From Octopus vulgaris (Eukaryota), in the NCBI GenBank assembly GCA_951406725.2, contig OX597825.1, forward strand, positions 85,932,001-85,996,000: a stretch of DNA of 64,000 nucleotides. The letters run 5' to 3'. A model generated the notes under the pieces. That model was not told the origin of the DNA and ran no database searches. It was given only the letters and a program-made list of their open reading frames with translations. Positions within the stretch are counted from its first letter, which is position 1. The number at the start of each line of letters is the position of its first letter. A program made the translations under genes and the position numbers. Positions 57,601 to 64,000 of the stretch are shown one piece after another.

Positions 57601-58575
57601 GCTTATTATTTATATACTTATTTAGCTAGTATCAATAAAGACTGATAGCTGGTATTAGCTAAAGGAAAAATGATGTTAAAGGACATTCTAATTATATACT
57701 AATTTTAAAACTAAGAGGTATATTATAGGTTTTAGAAGTTATTATTGTTACTCCATACATGATACTTATAGTTTCCTAGGGGTACTTAAATTTAAAACTA
57801 TTTCTAGATAATTTCTTTTCCTCCCTCTGTTGTGGTAAAACTTTTGGTATATACCCAAATGTATCCTCTTGTTATAATATTCTTCTTAATAATCTTCTGA
57901 ATAGTCCTAAACTTTAACTTTATATAACATGATAACATTATTTAAAATATTTTACTATAGTACCACATGATAAGATTTCCCCTGTTTCATTATCAATGGT
58001 CTGCTATTGGCTTGTCCCTTTAATTGTCAGCTAACATCTTGATTTAAGATTTTCTTTACCAAATCTCATTATATTGCTTCAAATGAATGGTGATAGTTTT
58101 TTTTTTATGACTCTACCCACTATGATTTCAGTCGACTCTCTCAGACCCCTTCCTAGCAGGTACTATTCCTTGTTCTTTTGGCCTTAGATATACAAAGATT
58201 TGATAAAACTAATCTATAAATTAAAACTGACCCCATAAAACAGTGACAAGTAAAATCTGTAACAAGTCTTTCTTTCTGATACCTTAGTAGCTTCTAATCT
58301 GAAGTGAAGACAGCATGTTCTTTGTCTTATCTCCTTACCTTCTTGGAGATTTTAGGTAAAATTATACTAATGTGTCCATCTATTTTAATTTAATTAAATT
58401 CTATGTCTCTGTGCAGCTGAGGATTGCATTTCAGTTGATGTAATGATTGCATTGTTCAATTAAATGGAGTTGCTTGAAACGATCGTATTGCATTACCTCT
58501 GGATATTCTTGTTGCTTATTTTGTTCTGTGTATATATATATATACATATATGCATATATATATACATATATATAT

Positions 58576-58651
<76 letters not shown>

Positions 58652-58835
58652 CACATACACACATACATACGCATACATTAGTTTATCCCTTCGTACATTT
58701 CTATTTAGCGTCCTCCCTCTCGTTTATCTCTCCCTTCTACTCACTCCTTATCTTTCTGTCTCTCTATATCTCTCTTTTTATCTCTCTATCTTTCTGTCTT
58801 TCACTCTAAACTCCCCCATATCCTTCATGTCCTAC

Positions 58836-58995
<160 letters not shown>

Positions 58996-60055
58996 TCTTT
59001 GCATGAATGTTTTCGCCTTCTTCCTGCCAAAATTGGTAAAGCTCCTGATAATTTGTTATATTCGACATTCAAATCCCACCAACTTCACCCCTACATTCCT
59101 CAATCGTAGAATCGTTTTAGTAAAATAGCAGTAAAATATTGGGGTCTATAAATCAACTTCGAATTCTCGCTTGAAACATATCTGAGTTTGTTCAACCATA
59201 AGAATACTTTCACTCTCTCTCTCTCTCTCTTTCTCTCTCCCTACTCAGAGTCGCCAGTATCACCCACTTCTATCGCCAAACAGACGAACTCCATAAAGAA
59301 ATATAAACCATTTAAATATTTAGATGGTATCAGAACGGTATTTGGTTGCTATAGACTTCGCTATTTTACCTGGCGGTTTGTCTGCTGAGACAGGAGACTG
59401 TTTGTGAAGAGGTCGAAGGGAGACTGGTTGAAGGGAGAACGACAGAGAGAGAAAGAGAGAGAGAGAGAGAAACAAAGGAGACTAAACAGAAGTCAAAAAG
59501 AAAAAGAGAAAGTCGACACCACAGAGACAGAGAGAGAATCAGAGACAGAGAAGAAGAGAGGGCGGAGTGTGTGTGTGCGTGTGTGTGTGTGTGTGTGTGC
59601 TTGTGTTTTATGATATCTCTTAAATCTAGAATGAAATCCGTTAATGAAGGCAAATGTGAAGACATGATGTTATCAATGAAACAATTTTGAAGTTTTCGCA
59701 TAAAATAAACTTTAATGGAAGTGATAAACGGTAAATTACACTTGCAAATGGCACCAGATTCTGGTTAAGAGACATCTTGTAGAAGAAACAGTTTCTTATG
59801 TTTGGAAATTTGAGTCGGCGATATTTAGTTTCTTTTTCTTTTTCTTTTTTTTTTGTCTTTTGAGTCCCAAAATAATCTTTGATACATTGCGAATAAGACA
59901 GAAAGTAAAGAACGATAGTGATCACACGCACTCACGCATGCACACACATATATACATACATACACGCATACATACACACATACATACATTCATACATACA
60001 TACATACATACATACATACATACATACATACATACATACATACATACATACATAC

Positions 60056-60691
60056 TGATGGAATGTACCAGTGAAGACCTCAATAAAATATAGGCACAAC
60101 AGACCTGATATAATGATTTGGGATAGAGAAGAGAAACTGTGCACAGATGTGGAAATTAGCTGCCCAGCAGCAGATGTTAACGTAAAGCTGAAGATCGGTG
60201 ACAAAGAGAATACCTACGCTGAACTACTGAGAAATCTGCAGTTACTCTATCCAGATTACAAGTTCAGGTTTATACCTGTAATTAGTGGGGCATTGGGGTA
60301 TATTACACACTGCTTAAATACCAATCTTGAGAAATTAAGCTTCCCAAAACCAAAAAGGAGAAGGCTTATTCGAAGACTACAGATCCAATCCGTCACTGGA
60401 ACTGTAAAAATCTGTAAAACTTTCCAGAAGTTTATCATTCAAATATATATGGACATGTCTAGATATGCAGCTATATGCATGGGAATACATACTTTTACTC
60501 TTTTACTTGTTTCAGTCATTTGACTGTGGCCATGCTGGAGCACCGCCTTTAGTCGAGCAAATCGACCTCAGGACTTATTATTTATAAGCCTAGTACTTAT
60601 TCTATCGGTCTCTTTTGCCGAACCGCTAAGTTTACGGGGACGTAAACACACCAGCATCGGCTGTCAAGCGATGTTGGGGGGACAAACATAT

Positions 60692-60769
<78 letters not shown>

Positions 60770-61040
60770 ATGCATACATATATACGACGGGCTTCTTTTA
60801 GTTTCCGTCTACCAAATCCACTCACAAGGCTTTGGTCGGCCCGAGGCTATAGTAGAAGACACTTACCCAAGGTGCCACGCAGTGGGACTGAACCCGGAAC
60901 CATGTAGTTCGTAAGCATAAATACAAACAAAAACAACCCTGTTGTTGATGTTGAAATACCAATGAAGGAGCCTTGGATTTAGGTTAGAAACCGGTTCTTT
61001 CTCTATTGACAAGAAATCTTGAAATAAATTGAATAATGAC
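60056..61040 (+). mobile_element. R4/Dong-like element 3' end encoding REL endonuclease, interrupted by a SINE
   Basis: ORF 60071-60523 has HNRPDIMIWD..EK.C..VEISCP...K...Y..L...FIPV..GALG (PD-(D/E)XK REL domain). The 3'UTR resumes at about 60917, and both flanks are TACA-like. Confidence 0.85.
60491..60916 (-). mobile_element. SINE family A nested in the R4-like 3'UTR
   Basis: Near-identical to 46518-46910. Confidence 0.85.
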
Positions 61041-61104
61041 ATACTTACATATATATGTGTGTGTGTGAGTGTGTGTGTGTGTCTGTCTGTCTGTCTGTGT
61101 GTAT

Positions 61105-61260
61105 TTTTAATGTCAAGTTATAAGAACAGTTTAGCGTTAATCTGAAGGATTAAATAGTTATTAAACTTTCACTAAGAAAAGGTTGATAGTAACTTCGAAG
61201 TTTCGGCTTGTCCGCCTTCTTCAGGCTCTCTGAAATCATTGTTTACATTTTCCTTATAAA
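61105..61260 (-). mobile_element. Family H4 element with canonical-core hammerhead
   Basis: Reverse complement of 61185-61230 reads gagagc-CTGAAGA-aGGC-ggacaa-GCC-GAAA-CTTCGAAG-TT-actatc. Confidence 0.7.
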
Positions 61261-62530
61261 GTCAAAAAATAAAAATGAGTGTGTGTGTGTGTGTGTGTAT
61301 ACGTAGGTACGTATGTATGTATGTATGTATGTATGTATGTATGTATGTATGTATGTATGTATGTATGTATGTATAAATATGCATTATCTATATATGTATT
61401 TAGAAAAAAGCAGAAAAGCATAAATTCCACTAATAGTTTATAATTTTATTCTACTCAACAGCTGTTTCATTATCATTAAACATGATTAGTTTTATGTAGG
61501 CATGTTGGACGTGTTACTTCTGTGTACGAAATTGCTCTTAGAAATTATCGGAATGGCATCGAACCGGTGACTAAGTGGTTGCGAAGCGATCTTGCTTACC
61601 AAGCAGCCATGTTTGCACCTGTTACGTGATACCGGAAGCAGCAGGAATGAAACAGAAAGAGGAAATAATAAAGAAGGGAAGACGAAGGAAAAAGTGAAAT
61701 ACTGGTAGAAAGAAATACACGGAGGAAAAAACCGTGAATGAAAAGGGAATAACTTTGCAGAATGGGAAGAGATTGGGGTAGGGGGGTAGAAAGAAGGAAA
61801 AGAAAGAGAGAATGTTGGGGTGAGAAAGAGAGAAATGAATGAATGATAAAGACGAAGAAAGGAAAGGCAAAAGCAAAGGGGGGAATATTAAAATGATGAA
61901 GGTTGAAAGAAAGAGACCAGAAATATAAAGAAAAGAGAGAGAGGGGGTTAAAATTGGATGTGAGAGAACGAAAGGAAGGAGAAAAAGAAGAAAGAAAAGA
62001 GGAAAAGAGAGAAGAGAAGGGGAAGAGGGGGAAGAGAAGAAAGATAAGGGAAGAAGAGCAAAGAGTGAAAACGGTCGGGGTGGAGAACAAGGAATTTGTA
62101 ATGGAAGGTTATATGGAAATTATTTGGTAAATGTATTTGGAGAAATGGCAGAGAAATATTTTATAGAAGGAAGGGAAATGGGTGCGGGAAGAGGGAGGGG
62201 TGGAGTGATAGTGTGAGGAAGAGCTGAAGGAAAATGGGAGAGAGGGGTAGGAAACTATATAAGGAAGTACAGATTAGTTTTTTAACGTTAATTTACGGTG
62301 TGTATATATATGTATATACAAACGTACATTTATTATATATATGTATATACATATATACATACGTTCATATATATATATATGTATGTATGTATGTATGTAT
62401 TTATGCATGCACGTATGTACATATGTCGGTGCACACACACACACATACACACATATATATTTACGCACACAATATCTCGGTCAAATCAACCCCTTTCTAT
62501 AGTCTCTCTTCCCCACTCTATGTATATGTG

Positions 62531-62584
<54 letters not shown>

Positions 62585-63266
62585 CATATACATATAGACA
62601 TGCCGTTCCATTCACATATATTTATATGTACACATGCATTTGCATACATACATACATACATACATACATACATACATACATACATACATACATACATACA
62701 TACATGTATGAGTGTGTGTATAATTTTTTATTACAGTGGCGCTACTGGGCACGACATGTAACCATTTATTTAGAATTTTTGTTTCATTCCCAAACAGCTG
62801 GAAAATATATTCGTCTTACTACACAGATAATCGATACACACGCACACACACACAGACACACACTCATACACATATACACACACACGCACACACATACAGA
62901 CTGACGCACACATACATACGTATACACACATACACGCGCACACACATATGTACATACATACATACATGCATCTGCATTCATAAATACATATATGCATTTA
63001 CATAGCTATATAAATATATATATACCCATACTTATTTACATATACATATTGATATTTAAAACAATAGTATGATTTATTACAGCATTTATAAAATAATGAT
63101 ATGCATAGATACTCATAGATCAGAATATCACTCAAAGATCTCACGACTGTCTGATGATCACAGTCGTGAAACTTTGAGCAACAGTTTCAGGAGTCTCTCC
63201 AGCTTCAATAAACTATATATACACACATGTGTATGTATGTGTATTTATGAGTATACATACACACAC

Positions 63267-63304
<38 letters not shown>

Positions 63305-63305
<1 letters not shown>

Positions 63306-63690
63306 GTACATTTAAATAACAAGAGAATTGGAAATTGTCATGAATTTCATTAGCTTACAGCCGTTTCTGCTGTTATATATAATGCACTCATAGTTGAATG
63401 CATGTGTATCACCCTATAGCTTCATCGGAGCTTTGTTCATACAAGGGTTATAATCCAAGCTGGGTCCTCATGATTTGCATCTAGTTATCAAATGTATGTT
63501 GATGTTTTATTATAAATGAGATCATACATACTAGGTGTAGATCTTCTACATGTTCTCTGCATGTATATAACTCTTATGAATTTATTATTATTATTATTAT
63601 TAATAATCTATTAATTACACTGTAATAAAACACGTATAGCATGGAATAAAAAATATACCAAGTTTTCCAAACTTTGCAGTCTTTGTTTTA
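63305..63690 (-). mobile_element. Penelope-type 3' fragment with hammerhead-like motif
   Basis: Reverse complement of 63352-63432 reads agct-CCGATGA-agct...agca-GAAA-CGGCTG-TA-agct; flanked by (TA)n. Confidence 0.6.
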
Positions 63691-63712
63691 ATATATATGA
63701 ATACATGCATGA

Positions 63713-63755
<43 letters not shown>

Positions 63756-63784
63756 CATATATATATATATATATATTGTGTGTG

Positions 63785-63852
<68 letters not shown>

Positions 63853-64000
63853 GTTTATATATTCGTTTTGCAAGATTCTTGATGTGAATTCGTGTGTTGA
63901 AACATGTATTGTTGTATTTGGGGACGGTCATGTTGCCAGTTTAGCAAATAAAAACACACGCACTATATATCTGGTGTTCACTTGCTTCAGCTTTATTATA

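Noticed and set aside
61596-62260. 164-aa hydrophobic ORF and purine-rich tract
   Set aside because: GA-rich low complexity gives the F/S/L-rich translation; there is no evidence of coding.
63878-63912. cttgatgtga...gaaacatgta as a hammerhead
   Set aside because: The core is disrupted and there is no convincing stem II.

Overview
This is AT-rich eukaryotic non-coding DNA saturated with microsatellites: (TA)n, (CA)n, (TACA)n, (GATA)n, (AAT)n, (TAG)n and (GGT/GAT)n. The tRNA-derived SINE families and repeat style suggest a coleoid cephalopod, most likely Octopus (inference, not a database match). I cannot identify any intact host protein-coding gene, and nearly all listed ORFs are microsatellite translations. 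Supported features are three SINE families in many copies, a 5'-truncated CR1-type LINE, RTE fragments, two R4/Dong-like families sitting in specific microsatellites, a mariner transposase relic, Tigger-like ends, two Helitron/HINE-like elements, and gypsy- and hAT-like relics. The most interesting signal is about 15 minimal type-I hammerhead-ribozyme-like motifs from several Penelope-type short-element families, with palindromic stem III and recurrent non-canonical cores (CCGANGA, CUGUNGA). Four of these loci form long inverted repeats. Unique GC-richer islands carry YY1/Pho-like motifs, an inverted CTCF-like pair and a few candidate exons.
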